From positions 62,001 through 126,000 of the forward strand of contig JBLDXI010000064.1 in NCBI GenBank assembly GCA_047495785.1: a DNA stretch of 64,000 bases, read 5' to 3'. The position numbers and the translations under genes were made by a program. Within the stretch, counting starts at the first letter, position 1. Each line of letters starts with the position of its first letter. Under the pieces are notes generated by a model that saw only the letters and a program-made list of their open reading frames with translations, was not told the DNA's origin and searched no databases. Source of the stretch: Lepidodermella squamata. Taxonomy: Eukaryota > Animalia > Gastrotricha. Below are positions 12,743 through 26,060 of the stretch, piece by piece.

Positions 12743-13819
12743 TTAGTTTAGCAGAAAGTTGTTTCTTGGCGCCTCACCACAGAAGTCACGTAGTTTACCA
12801 ATCTGAGGTGGTAAATCCTGTCGAGCCGGTGTTGACGTAGAAGCACCGCCAGGACCGGGTGAGAGCTGCATCGTGTGAGCAAGAGGGTACCAAACCTTTT
12901 GTCCCACGCTCCAGCGACCTTCCACTTCTTTGCTGAGAATTGTGATGATTTGAAACCGCGTGGCTCTTTCGCCAGCTATTTTTTCTGTTACCCGCACGGC
13001 CAGCGCCAGCTTGGTTTTCTCTGCTCCTTCGACGCTAAGGAGGATATGGTCCGGAGGCGCATCAGGCGCAACTTTTCTAGCCATCGGCTGAACTATTGGC
13101 TCATCACCACCATCGACATCATCAGAGTCGAATGGGTTGGAATCCAGAAAACTTAGACGTGGAGTTGGATGAGGTTTTGCCGATCGACGAGCTTTTGCCG
13201 GCTCAGCAGCTTGCTCGTGCTCTTCTTCACTTTCATCAGATTTGCCATCGTCTTCATCATTCGAGCGATCTTCCTCTGATCCTTCCTCACCACTTTCCTC
13301 TTGATCGTCCGTATCCGATTGGTCACCGTGGCCTTCTGCGATAGGTCCGCCATAGATATCCCCAGCATCGGCAGACTATCATTCGAAAACCATTTATAAT
13401 AAAATATACACAAGATATTTTGATAAGTAACTCACTTCAACTGAGCCTTCGTCGCTATGATCGCTCGCATCATCGGCCTTGTCCTTGATACATCGTTGAA
13501 AATCTTCATTACTCCGCCCATCATCGCGAATGGAGTTAGGTTTCTCCGGATGCTTGAAGAATTTCGAGGCGCAGAAAATAGTCTTATCCAGAAAACCGTA
13601 GACAATGATGTTGCCTTTCTTCTGCAAAGCACTAGCGTTGTTCCGAAAATAGCTGTCAGGAATGTCTTTCGTGTTCTTAAATTTAGCCGCCGGATAGTAC
13701 GTTCGAACGTGACTAGTCCAGTTAGCATAGCCGACCTCGCTGAACAGGTCAGGTTCGGGGTAGAAACGCTCTTGAGGCATGCTCTTGTCACCTTTTGGAG
13801 CGGACGCATCCTTGCGCAT
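12743..13819 (-). CDS. Second, divergently transcribed gene within the piggyBac; ~338 aa, unknown function, central acidic tract
   Basis: Exon 13819-13436 (MRKDASAPKG..GSVE), phase-0 60-bp intron GTGAGT..GATAG (13435-13376), then exon 13375-12743 open to the stop (SADAGD..DDQEESGEEGSEED..MARKVAPD..). The true 3' end could involve a further exon. Confidence 0.7.
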
Positions 13820-14060
13820 GATTGTAGACAATTTTATTTGAAAAACTTTGATGGTTGAGAATCGATTTCTCTGCTCTAAATCAAAACTCAATACTACGCA
13901 TTGAAATAATTTAATTGAGGTTTGACTCGAACCAAACTCTCGTGCTTGATGTGCCATAATTACTAGGATAATAGCCATTTCAATGAATGAGTGCTCGATT
14001 TGATTTTGATAGCTGGATCTAATCCCAAGGCTGTTGCTAGCCGGATCTTCTTGCCAAACT

Positions 14061-15555
14061 ATGGCCCCAGTTTGGCGATTAGCTTATCAGTCATTCAAGC
14101 CTAAAAGATTTCACTTCCAACCGCGTGAGCAGCGTCCTCTTTGTGCCGACGCATTCGAACTCTATCTCAAAATGATACAAGCTAAAAAACTGTTTGCTGA
14201 CATCGCCACGTGGACTAATGAATTCGCTTCCCAGAACCGCTTCATCTTCTCAAATCCTTCCACCCGTTAGGTTTTCCGATAAAACTCGCCTCCAAATTGC
14301 ATTATTAATTCAATTAGGAAGAGCTCGATGGCGTAGAACCAATGCGCGTGAAATTGCGGGCTATTTCGGCATTATTATGGAGATGGGGTTCGAACATGGC
14401 TCTACTATCGTGGACTATTGGTCCCGCCGACGTCCTGGTCCAAGGTTTATGTCCGGAAATCGTTTCCAGCTGCTTTCCAGGGCTATTTGTTTTAACCCTC
14501 CGAATATTACGCAGAAACGCCTTGAACGTCACCGGCTGGCACCCCTTCAAGCTTTGGTTCGTCGGCTGAATAAGCGATTTTCCCTGTTACGATCACCGCT
14601 GCGCTGCCTTGTCATCGACGAATCGGTGATGAACTTCCGAGGAAAATTAGCATTCAAACAATTCAACAAGTCGAAGAGGCACAAATATGGGATAAAAATT
14701 TATCGCCTTTGTGACGCTACTGGATATTGTTACCGGTTCGAAGTTTTCACCGGCAAAAGGCCTGATGAACATGCCACTGCGAACCTTTGCTTGCAACTCA
14801 TGCGTGATAACTTGGACCGAGGTACTTTACTGATGGATTATTCTAGATTTTCCATAGAAATAAGCAAATTTATAGAACATGTTTGATTCAATACTTTTTT
14901 ACTGCGGAACCACTATTATTATTTTATTTATGCGAGATCATCGCACTTCCGAGTTGATTAAAAGTTCGCAACTAAAATTGATTAGGCCGTCAGAGAACCT
15001 CAAGTAGCAATAACTTTTTCCTGAATAGGTCACATTCTTTTTACCGACAACTACTTCACCTCATACTACCTCGCTCGTGAACTGCGAGAAAGACGAACAC
15101 ATTTGGTGGGAACCTTGAAGAAAAATAGGGATGGCAATCCGCCCGAAGTTGTTCAACGAAACCTCCAAAAAGGGGGCTTCCTGGCTGCCACCGATGACGA
15201 TGGAACTCTGATCTTTCGCTTTTTCGATCGACGCGAAGTCATGTTCTTGACAACGTTCCACAAAAATCGCAAAGCCGTGTCACACTCCAAGCGAAATCGC
15301 TTCCCCAAATTACTCCCTAAAGCAGTCATCGACTACAACTTGTGCAAGGTTGGCGTTGACAAGGAAGATCAAATGTCGTCCTATCATTCAGCGCTACGAA
15401 AATCGAGAAGGTGGGAACTCAAGGTAGCCGTGGAATTACTCCTAAATAACGCCGTTGTCAACACTTGGTGCCTGTTACGAAAAATGGATCGATTTATGGA
15501 TGTATCGATTCGAGATGTGCGAAAAAAGATCATCGCTGGCTTAACCCGGTTATGA
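14061..15555 (+). CDS. piggyBac transposase (DDE_Tnp_1_7-type), three exons
   Basis: Exons 14061-14265, 14318-14821 and 15029-15555 splice in frame. Motifs IDESVMNFRGK..KQF..KRHKYGIK, FTDNYFTS, VGTLKKNR and YNLCKVGVDKEDQ supply all three catalytic Asp. No C-terminal Cys-rich domain seen. Confidence 0.92.
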
Positions 15556-16246
15556 ATTGGGCTATTCGCTATTCTATCAGTGATTTTGTTCAGCAGGATG
15601 CTCATTCAGCTTTTATATAATCTTAGTCGGCAACTCTTGGCTATGAAAGTTTTCGTATTTCGGTACTTTATTCCGGCACTCAAGGTTATAAGTTTCGATA
15701 AATGTAAACGATAAAAAGTTACGAATAAATATACCGGTACTAAGTTTCGCCAAGTTCTATCGGAACTTAGTTTCGAAAGTCAAGGTTCTTTTTGGTGTAA
15801 TTTGGGCACTTAAAGTGTTAACTCTTTAATGCCTCAAACAGTTGCTCCAAAAAGTTCTATAGCCTGTAGCCTACATTCCCTCTCTGGAACAGCTTTTTTA
15901 AACAAGTCACTTTTCACCCGTCACACATCAAAAATAGCGCTCGGCTGCAAAAAATAATTATTTGACCATCGTGGTCTTGAATTTTTGCAAGGCGGTTCCA
16001 GCGAGGGATACGTTGGCTACGGCTTAAAATGAAGTTTTGGTGGATTCAGATTTTTCAGATTTTAATTCTGAAAATCTGAAGTGATTCCGCTCAGTGATTC
16101 GATGTAGCGTGATCGAGCACAATCCACCGGAAAAACATCATTAATAAATTTCAATTCATGTTGAGCTCAATACTTCACGATGATAATTATATCCCAATTT
16201 ATAGAGGCCAGTGGGCAATTCAATTTATTTTTCAGTTCAACTGCGA

Positions 16247-18178
16247 ATGAATCTGCCTTTCTTCGTTGTCATCTGGTTTCTAATCGGGTACTTACCTTGT
16301 TATTCATCAGCGCAATGGAAGCGTTGCTTCTCAGTTTTCGATAACGGCTATTCCGGCTGTCGAACAAATTGCACAATCACGCAGCAATACCAGGTTATTT
16401 TTCTCATATTCTAGAAGTTCTGGACATGTTTCGATCTACTTTAGTTTGGAAGATCATTTGCCGACTCCGTGAAATGCAAAATATGCGTGAGTACGTACAT
16501 CAACTCAATTCCTTTGTTGAAGATTTGAATGACTGAATGACTTTACCCAAGAACGCAAGGCTTTGCTACAACCACGTCTCGATAACTCTACGCTGCGTTC
16601 CAGGCAATGCTAAATGCGACAACGTCCGCGAGCTCGATGTGAGTCCTGTTTCTGAATCTCGAATCTCTTATTACGACATATTCAATACAGGTTAGAACTT
16701 TTAATCGCAAAAAATTCGGACTAAATTGGAAAGACTTCGTGCATGGTAATAAATACCATAGGTTTTGACCGTGAGGTGTGAATCAAATTGGAAAATATCA
16801 GTTAGGGATCACCACGGTAAATTATTTAAAATTAAAATTCGGGCGAATTGTGGTGATCTCTAACTGATTTTTTACAATTAAATTGGAAAGATTGCCGGGC
16901 AGCCCTAGCTGCGTTTCCGGTTGGTTTTTCATACCTGATACCTAATAGGGATTTTTTTATGTTGGCTATTTCAGTCTCGGAAGTTCAATCGCTGTACCAT
17001 CGGTGACTCAATCGTTACGTGTGTTCCTGTTCCTAATACCACCTCAACATGGTGAGTCTGCGACTACCTATTCGCCCATTGTTTTCTACATAATGGACAG
17101 AAAATGAGCTTCAATCCGATTCACAAGTAATCTTGCCTGAATGGCGCTGGTTTTTTGAAAGCACCTTTCATTTCACTCATAATATTTCCAAATTTCTGAA
17201 CAGCCGATTACCCTATGAGCAATAAGCCGCACATTCGCTGCTTCAACGCTAAGAACAAGCAGTTCGAAAGGTGCCGCCCGAAAACCACAGGTTGCTCGCC
17301 TGATATCGAACTGATTTCACTGCAGCCATTCGTTGACAAGTTTAACTGCCTCACTGGCGTAAGGTTCAAAGTTCGATTCGATCATGAGCTTAATTTACAT
17401 GTTTTCAAGGTAGCTGTTCGCTGTAAAACGCCGTCTCGCAAGATTTGCAACGGCTTCTGCCAGCAGGACTCACAAATCGTGATGCTTGGGCCTAATTATG
17501 AAACTTGTTGTGATTACTCTAGCTTTTCCACAGGAAGCCGTATTTTCAGACTCGAGAGACTTTGCAGATAACTATGAGCAATGTCTGCGTTCCAGTGGCC
17601 AAATTCCCAGCTTGGGGTCAGGACGGGTTCGATAATTTCATTCATCAATAGTTCCCAAGCCCTAAGCCTTAGCATTTGGACATATAAGCATCAGTGACTG
17701 AATTTAAAATGGATTAACACGAAATTGACCGCGTAAATTACAGGAAACTATAGAAAAATCGCCCCTATCTTGTGTTATTTTGCAAATATTTTAAATTTTC
17801 TAGCGTATCAAAAAGTTTGATCATGCCCCATCGTACGAATTCGAGTCGGATCGCATGCAATTGGACGCGATACTAGCTTGTTCTGAGTGGGAGAACACAT
17901 CTCTGGCGATGATAAAGAGTGAAGATGAGCGGCAGGCTGTCTATGAAGCCATGGTCAGTGCCGAAGTTACGAGTGCCTACTTGGATTTATCGAAAGGACT
18001 AGGCGGATGGACGTGGGGCGATGGCAGCGTGTATGATTCGATGCCACCTTGGGCGCAAAACTGCCCGAGGCCGAGGACATGCGTCGGGATTGCCAGAATT
18101 ATCGACAAAGCATTATACCTTGTCGATGGATCTTGCAATCTTCCTTCGGCCTTTGCTTTTATCTGTGAAACCTTGTGA
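16247..18178 (+). CDS. Gene C: secreted Cys-repeat (x5) + single CTLD protein, multi-exon
   Basis: Signal peptide MNLPFFVVIWFLIGYLPCYSSA, WKRCFS, HIRCFNAKNKQFERCRPKTTGC, CTLD exon ~17804-18178. Exon 4 carries an insertion (see findings). Confidence 0.8.
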
Positions 18179-19063
18179 ACACAATTTCATGTTGTTGGAA
18201 AAATTACGCTGATTAATGTAATTTACGATGAGCTTGGGCAAAATAAAGCAGAGGATCTCTATGTGGTTAATCCCTAATTCCAAGATTTGAGAAGCAATGA
18301 CAATCCGAGATTTACGTTTCCTCTGGCATTTTAGGTCATCATTTTATCACCGCCAATTTGAAATATTGGCCAGAATCGGTCGCGTTCTATTCCCGTTCTA
18401 TATTCGATTTCAAAAGACAATTCTCTAGTGAAACAATTCACAGTGCAACACATGCAACACATTCTTGTAGACATGTTGCAAAAAATAATGCGAGATTTTT
18501 CCAGATCATAATAAATCACAAATCATAACCCATGATTTTACAGATTGTCGCTATAAACTCGTTCAAAGTTAGATAATTGGTTGATAATTTTGTTGTTTTA
18601 AAGTCCCATTTATTGTCCTTGCAAAAAGTCCACGTTCCATTTCCGTTATCAATCGAGTTCACACGAAAATTCTAAGGAACCCAATCTCCGATAGCAATAT
18701 TCTAGGAGCCAATTTTCCAAGCTTATGATCACCAAAACGAAGACGTGTGGATTTCGCCATGTTTTAAAATGCCAACCTCCAATCTCTAATAAATCTGAAC
18801 TTTTAAAATTGCGTGTCCAGTGACTTGATTGTCAGTAAGTAGGCCACGTTCTATTTCCGTTTTTTCTCGAGTTCACAAGACAATATAAATGAAACGAACT
18901 TTTGATATCACAATGCTGGTAGACAATTGTTAAGCTCGCGCTCACACACAAAATATGATGCGTGGTTTTTCTAATGAGGCACGAAGAGCTCAATTGATTT
19001 CATTCGATGGAATTTTCCAAACATTTTCTTATTTTCTTCTATTTGTGAAATAGTTTTCATTTT

Positions 19064-22000
19064 ATGATGGCTTGCCATTATTTTACTATGCTATCAGTTC
19101 TCATGATTGCGCTGATGGGCCAGGGAGTGTTAGCAGCGCGATCGCATGTGCGATGCTACTCACAGCTGAACAACCGGTTCAAATCCTGCAACGAAGCTTC
19201 CCAAGGCTGCGATGCACTCCGCGAGTATCAAGTGAGCTTTTCTATTATAATGATATCAGTTCTAAATACTGATTTCCCCTAACAGGATAATCAGGACTTC
19301 GCGAACGCGAGTGATTGCAATAAAGGCGTAAGATTTAATTACACATGATCACTGATGATTCCTTACAACGATTTTTGGCAACAGAGCGTTGTTATGTGCT
19401 ACAAATTCGAGGTTCTTACTCCGTGGTGCGTGCCTGGAAACATCGGATGCGACGAGGTGAACGAAATGACGGTATGTTGTTTTGAACATTTTTCTGCGAG
19501 ATTTTTCGCCTCACCACCATTCATGCGGATTTCCGGGCCCTGGAATTTTATCAAACTCATAGGCCTAAATACAACAAAATCAATCTTTGTCCCATTTTTC
19601 GGGTTCGATTCGTCGTGAGTTGAGGAGTCCATCGAAGTCCCATAGTCATAGCACTCACACCTGAGAAGCATTTAAGTCCCTAAGATGAGTCAAGTCCACC
19701 TTAACAAAATGAATTTAACACCAGGAAAAAAATCACCCTAATTAGGGCGACGAAAAATTAGCTTGTGAAATCCTCCCAATTAGGGCCTCAATTAGGCGTG
19801 AGTATCCTCATTCCCCATTTTTCATAATTTATCGGAATTCATGCTCAAAAAGTGAAGTCATTCCATGAACATGATTTAATTGTGTATTAATTACGAAATT
19901 TGACGATTTTCATTGCAAATCTTGAGATGGGTACTATTTGAAATGTTGCCACGTAACAGAATAAGGCGCTCACTCATGTCTAACGCATTCCATTTTCAAT
20001 TGATCAGTGATACATTTATTTTAGTTCATTTTGCCTACATTGTATTGCTATCGATTCAATATGATTTACTATTATAAGTGAAAAGTTACACAAGAACCAA
20101 CAAAGGGAAAACAATGGGATTCCAGAATTAGATATCTAATTTTTTGGCTCCTCCAGGTGTATACTTTTTGTTCTTGTATTATTGCTCGCAATAATTAAGC
20201 CCGGGAATAAGGGTCATTTAGAATTTTGGAATTAAATTATTTCCGAGAAATTTTCGAAACTCAGTTTCCAATGAATTCCGATACCGTAACTGGGTTCATG
20301 TCTTAGGTAGATGAAACAGGGTGCATTTTTTCTGGTGAATGCAGCCGAGATGGCTATTATTGCTAAAAACCTAGGTTTTGCCTCACTCACTCATATTTTT
20401 TGCCTCATCCAGGAGCTGAGGTGTTTTCTAGCACCCAGCCGAAGGAACGTCCTGTGGATTTTCCAGCCAATTTCTGATTGGGGTCCCGGAGCTGCATCCC
20501 TTTACTTCACACTCTATTTGCCTCTATGAAATTTTTCCGCTGATTTCGAGTCCAGACTAGAGATGTTCCGGTTCCAAAAAACCGCCGGTTCTAACCGGGT
20601 TGAACCCGGTTTTTTCGAACCGAAACCGCCCGGTTCCATTTTTTTCCAGCTTCAAAAACCGCCGGTTCGCGGTTATGCTATACATAGCTGGACCAGCAGT
20701 AATTTGTGTTTTCCATGGTAGATATTCCAGGTTTCACTATGTGTTACAGCTGCATTATTCAGTGCTGTCACTATTAGCTTAGGCTTAATTAATGGAGGTA
20801 GCCATGTGGGCAGAAAAAGGTATGCACATTTTTTCGAAAAATTGGATTTTCGCATGAATTTAAACGTTAATTCCTTTTTACCAATGATTGCCACAACAAA
20901 CTAACGCTGCCATTCGATTCCTCGTGAAATTTTGGTCTAGACGAAGTATCACAAAAGGTATTTGAGAAAAAAAATAAAATTCAGAGCATCCCGGCAATAA
21001 AGCAATAAAATAATTTATGACCCCTAATTATCTCGATAACCATGATAGCTATAAAAATTCTGAAAAAAGATTCAGAGTCCCCGCCCCAATTTCTGAGGGG
21101 GATTTCGACATGAAAAGAAGCGGTTTTGCCGTTCTTCTTTGAAAATTGAAATACAGAGGAAATTTCCCGCTAGCTTAATTGGGATCGGAAGTAATAATGA
21201 TTTCACGATATCTCGGGTTTCATTTTTCCAACAATGCTAAAAATTTATATTCCAGGGTAGAATTTCACGCTGAAGACACTGGGACCGTTTGTTTCTTTGT
21301 CTGAGCAACGGATTATCGAGTATCGATTATTGGCGATTGATCATGAATGATTAATTTTATCTTAAATAGCGGAACCCGCGGTTAACCGCCGGTTAAACCG
21401 AAATAACCGGGTTACACCTCAAAAAGTTCGGAACCGAACCGAACCGAACCGGACAGATTAAAAATGGAACCGGAACATCTCTAGTCCAGACTGCTATTAG
21501 TCCCAAGGTTAATATGGGTTGAACTTACACCTCGTTCGAGGAAATAAATTTCAGGCCCGAAATAAATGTCAGATGGCGACAGTAAGATCATTAAGCACTT
21601 AGAAAGGTCAGGGACTAATTTGTTCGATCAATACACGTAGAATCCCAGGGAAATGTATGACATTTTGGTTACCCAGGCAGTTCCTTCTTGGTTCGGATAA
21701 ATATATGCAAGTCCCTTTATGTAAATGTCAGGGGTACATAAACGTTCGAAAAAATAAATGTCATGCTTTTTTTCGGGCAAAACTGTTTATATCAATCTCT
21801 TTTTCCAGCTCCTTGAATTTGGGAATTCAACATCGAATTACAAGCGATCATTCAGCGAGTGCGAATTGCGAGTAGATCAGTTCGAAGTGAGATTTTTCAT
21901 ATTTCCCTTTTCAAGCGCAACATTCCATCCTTAGAATCAACGATTTCGCCGTTGTACTACCAAAAACTCATCGGTTAAACTCAAAACATGCGTACCAGAT

Positions 22001-25000
22001 CCATACTTCTGTCCAAAAGATTGGGTGAGCTCTCGCATTTTCAATTGTGATGGCCATTCAGCAAGGCTAGTTGGTAATCGTTTTCGTTTTCTTTTTCCTT
22101 TTTCAGAAAACCGAGCCAACTTTCTATGAGAACCTTAGCTCCTGCATCTCTGATTTACGTAAGTTGACTATAATTCATAAAACCTAAAATTATGGCTATT
22201 TCCTGTAAACTGTGAGAATTGTTGAAATTTTCATTCACCATTTGTATTTCTTATAATTTCAGGTGTTGTCCCCGTCAGCCAGAAAAAACACATCCGTTGC
22301 TTCGATACTAGAACACTTCAGTTCACCGACTGTAGGCCGAAAGGATCTGGCTGCTTTGATAACAATGAGACTCTTTATTCTACTGATGTATACATTAACC
22401 GCGATAACTGCCTGAAAGGGGTAACATGAATGTATCGAAGTGAATTCATTGCTTTACCCGCCCTTTGATACAGAACGCGGTTCAATGCAAAGATGATTCT
22501 GGAAGCCAGTCTTGCCACGCAATTTGCCCTCAAAACACAACTCAGGTACAACCAATATTTTTTAAATTAGATGAAGATTCCATCGGTTTTTATTTCTCAA
22601 TATAGAGCAAACTTTACTTTTCTGCGACGAATTTTCAATTCAACCACGAAAACTGCATCACAGATATCACGGTATTTCTTGCATGCGGAAAAATGAAAAT
22701 GAAAAACCCTGAAATTGCCAAAGTATCAAACATCAATCACAATCAGGACTACTACACAATGCAACAATCGAAACGCAAGGCCTTGAAAAGAACGCCTTAA
22801 CACCTTTGAAATCATTTTTTTCTGGGAAGTCCTTGAAACGTATCAAAATTGCAATTTCATTTTGCTCACGCATGTAAATTAAATTTTAAGAACAGCATTT
22901 TTTATTCTGAACTGCTTTCCTCTGTAGAGCCAATCTCCTTGCTATTTTATCCAATAATATGCTTTGAAAATAATGCAGGGAGCTTTAGCTAACGCTCTTT
23001 TTAAAGATTTTTACTGCTGAAAGAGTGACTAAAAATGAACCAAATTTTCGCAATATTCAAGTTTTATGAAAACCATCAGGCGACCCCAGCGACCCTCGGC
23101 TGACTCGGCGACCAACAAAAAAAGGGCCCTCGACCCCCAGTTTGAGAAACACTGAATTAATGGCTAAAATGAGTTATTGTTCAAGTAGTAAGTGAGATGT
23201 TAAAGCTGGCAAAATTGTCGACGAAATCGGCCAGCTCGGCCTTGATGACGGCGCACTTCTGCATCAATGTTTCGACCTTTTCATCTAAATTTCGTCTAGG
23301 GCAAGACGTTGAGAAACAGGCTCGAAAACAGGCGTTGATGGACCGAGTGACGCAACCGACTGCTCGGAGCGCAGGTAAATTGGCGAGGATCACTTCCCGA
23401 AGCCGGCGCGACCCCGTTTAGCGGCGATGGGGCTTGGCGGTCTTTAGCGACGGTCTTTAGCGGACGCCGTTCTCCCGTGGCCTCGCGGCGGCCCGGCAGC
23501 GATGATACCGGGCGTATCAGCATCGACAGCCTCGTTAGTGGCAGCGGCAGATTTCGCGCGGCGAGTACCAGCCATGATTTTGAAACATGATATTTAAAAA
23601 TTTCCAAAACTCAAAACTTGTAATCGAGTTTTTCGCGTGCTTTCGTGTCGATAAATAAGCAACACGGCGTGGCGTGCTCCATTTGTAGCATGAGCAGCAA
23701 CATGACACAGATTAATTAGCGCGCGCATTGGTTTTCATGCATTAGTCGTCGCATTAGAGGCTTTTACACTGGCTTTCTTCCCAAACAACTTCAACGCGTT
23801 GAAAGTTCAAACCTAATTACAGTCAGCCCTCGCCATAGCGTACTTCATGGCTGTACACTTTCCGCCATCGTGCACATTTTTCCACGGTCAATGCGAGATT
23901 GTATAGGAGTATGCATACTTTCCTCTCGCTGCTGTGCACTTTCAGCTGGGTACACAATTCGGCTGCGTACACCTTTTCCGGCGGTCCCGCCTACACATAA
24001 ACTGTAGAAAACTCTCCCGAAAGTGTACACTTTCGTCCAAAAGAGCGGAGAAAGTCTGGTCCGCGCATTTATATATGACTCTCAAAAAGCGCGCCTTAGC
24101 AATTATGTAACTTTATTTTCATCGCAGAAAGGATTTTTTCGATGTGTGGCAAACGTTGATGGTGCAGTTCGATGCGTGTCTAACGTAACGGGTTGCGACG
24201 CTGTCAAGGAGCTGAGAATCCCAATCGATGTCGTTTACCCGAATACGACCAGTTGCAGGAAAGCCGCTAAGAGGTACTTCAGGATAGGTACTTCATCTTT
24301 CACCTGGGAACAAGTGACAGCGCGTTTCGAATTTCTAAATGCGACTTTAGCGACTGTGAGATCAAGTGAAGAGCTCGAGCGATTCCTCAACGTTCTCTAT
24401 GGTGATAAAGGTTCTTGGGTTGGCTTGACTCGAGAGAATGGCGTTTTGAAGTGGATAGATGGCTCTGATTACACTGGCATGCCGAAATTGGATTACTATG
24501 ATGGATACAGGGATGGCTGCTATCATATACGTGCAAGAATAATCGATGAAAACCCTGACTATTCAGTCGGATATTTCCGCTGTGATCAGCCATTACGTTC
24601 GGCGATTCTCGAAACATTCAGACCCGAGGAGAAGGTAAGTGCACCTGGGTTGTTGTGAGGCAGCATCATTTTGAGCTGGTGCCAATTTTAAGTAATCACC
24701 TCGGGGACGAAACTAGGAAAAATTTCATTTTATTTTCGACGACAATCACACCTCTTGGTAGACTTTTATTACTATCAACGTCCTCTCGGTATCTCGAACG
24801 GATTTGTACGATACTTGCTTTAATAGAAAGGGGTTAAACCAGTGTACGACTTCCAAGACAGGGCATGCTAGTGTGGTTGCTAGCTGGATTAACCCAGGGC
24901 TTCTCAACGCCCAACCCTTGACGACCCAAAAATAAAAAATTCTTACCAGGCTGCGACCCCTAGAAGAATTTTCCATTTTTTCCGTTTCTCAGAGTGGGAA

Positions 25001-26060
25001 AATATGCTGAAAATTTCGAGATTCTACGTCAAAGCTATAAAATATCACTATATTAGCATAAGGTTTTCCTGGTTTTGTTCAAACTTTCCACGAATCGGAT
25101 TCTTAACCGCAATTTAAGCCGGTTATCAGTCGAATATTATTGGAGCGAATAATAAATAGCAAGCGAAGCGAGCTTCAGCTGACGCTATTTTGTAAGATTT
25201 TTTCTTGGGATTATGCCAAAAATGAACCAAATATTCCCAATTTACGAGGTTTATGAAAATCATCAGGCGACCCCCAGTTTGAGAAACCCTGGATTATCCC
25301 CAATCTCGACCAGACCAAGTGTGCGAAGTAGGATCCGGGAGCTTGTTTTCTATCACCGAGCCGAAAAAAACCAAAGGGTCTCTTGTGTGGTTTTTTTCAG
25401 CCTTCCTCTTGCTGAAGTCCCGGACACCCCAGCAACCCTGTACTTTGTACCCTGACCAGACAAGACAACGAAATGAGAAATCTAATCTGAGAAGTTTTGA
25501 ACCGTGTATTAAGGGAAAATCTTTTACACGTTCTCCCTTCGCCAGGTTTTCAGTCGAATTTTGGCAAATTCAGGAAAAATATTTCTTAGCAGCGCCGTAC
25601 CCTGGAAATCCTTGAAAACATTGATCTAGTTTTCACGAGGGCGTCTAAATTTAATTTAATGTAGGGTCCGAATGCCTTCAGGGTTGTGTCAAACTTCGAA
25701 GTGCCGAATTTCACACAAGACAGAGCGAGAAAGAGGTGTTTACGCGTTGCACCAGACGGGCGATTGGCAATCATTGCTGACGAGGCAGATCGTCAAGCTG
25801 TATACACGTCGATGGTGAGTGAGAATGTTAAAAAAACCTACGTCGGTTTGAGGAAAACAAACGGCCAGTGGTTGTGGGGCGATGGTACCCCGTATGTTGG
25901 CATTCCACCATGGGGCTCGGGCAAGCCGGATGGTGCCACGTTGGGCTATTGTGTTGGCCTGGCGACTATCGAATCAGGCTCATTGGTGTTGACGGACGGC
26001 TCTTGCGATGAGCCATCTGCCGAGGCAGCAGTCTGCGAGTCGAATATGATTCCTAAGTGA
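19064..26060 (+). CDS. Gene D: secreted Cys-repeat (x6) + two CTLDs, multi-exon, TE-filled introns
   Basis: Signal peptide, HVRCYSQLNNRF, MCYKFEVLTPWCVPGNIGC, exons 21809-22671, exon ~24128-24634 (module 6 + CTLD1, WVGL..WIDGS) and exon ~25664-26060 (CTLD2). Confidence 0.85.
20558..21483. mobile_element. Non-autonomous hAT element
   Basis: TIR TAGAGATGTTCCGGTTCC / GGAACCGGAACATCTCTA, perfect 8-bp TSD GTCCAGAC (20550-20557, 21484-21491), AACCG subterminal repeats. The core resembles 45430-45800. Confidence 0.9.
24895..25291. mobile_element. hAT (Charlie-like) MITE; partial second copy at ~22980-23154
   Basis: CAGGGCTTCTCAAC...GTTTGAGAAACCCTG; 8-bp TSD GATTAACC/GATTATCC. Confidence 0.8.

Larger units (their letters stand above)
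12247..15817 (+). mobile_element. piggyBac DNA transposon, apparently complete, carrying two genes
   Basis: TTAA at 12243-12246 and 15818-15821. Perfect 40-bp TIR CACTTTAAGTGCCCAAATTACACCAAAAAGAACCTTGACT with an imperfect extension. Contains a piggyBac transposase. Confidence 0.95.

Noticed and set aside
13096-13858. Plus-strand ORFs (His-rich 13096-13344; 13457-13858)
   Set aside because: Antisense shadows of the acidic minus-strand piggyBac ORF2.
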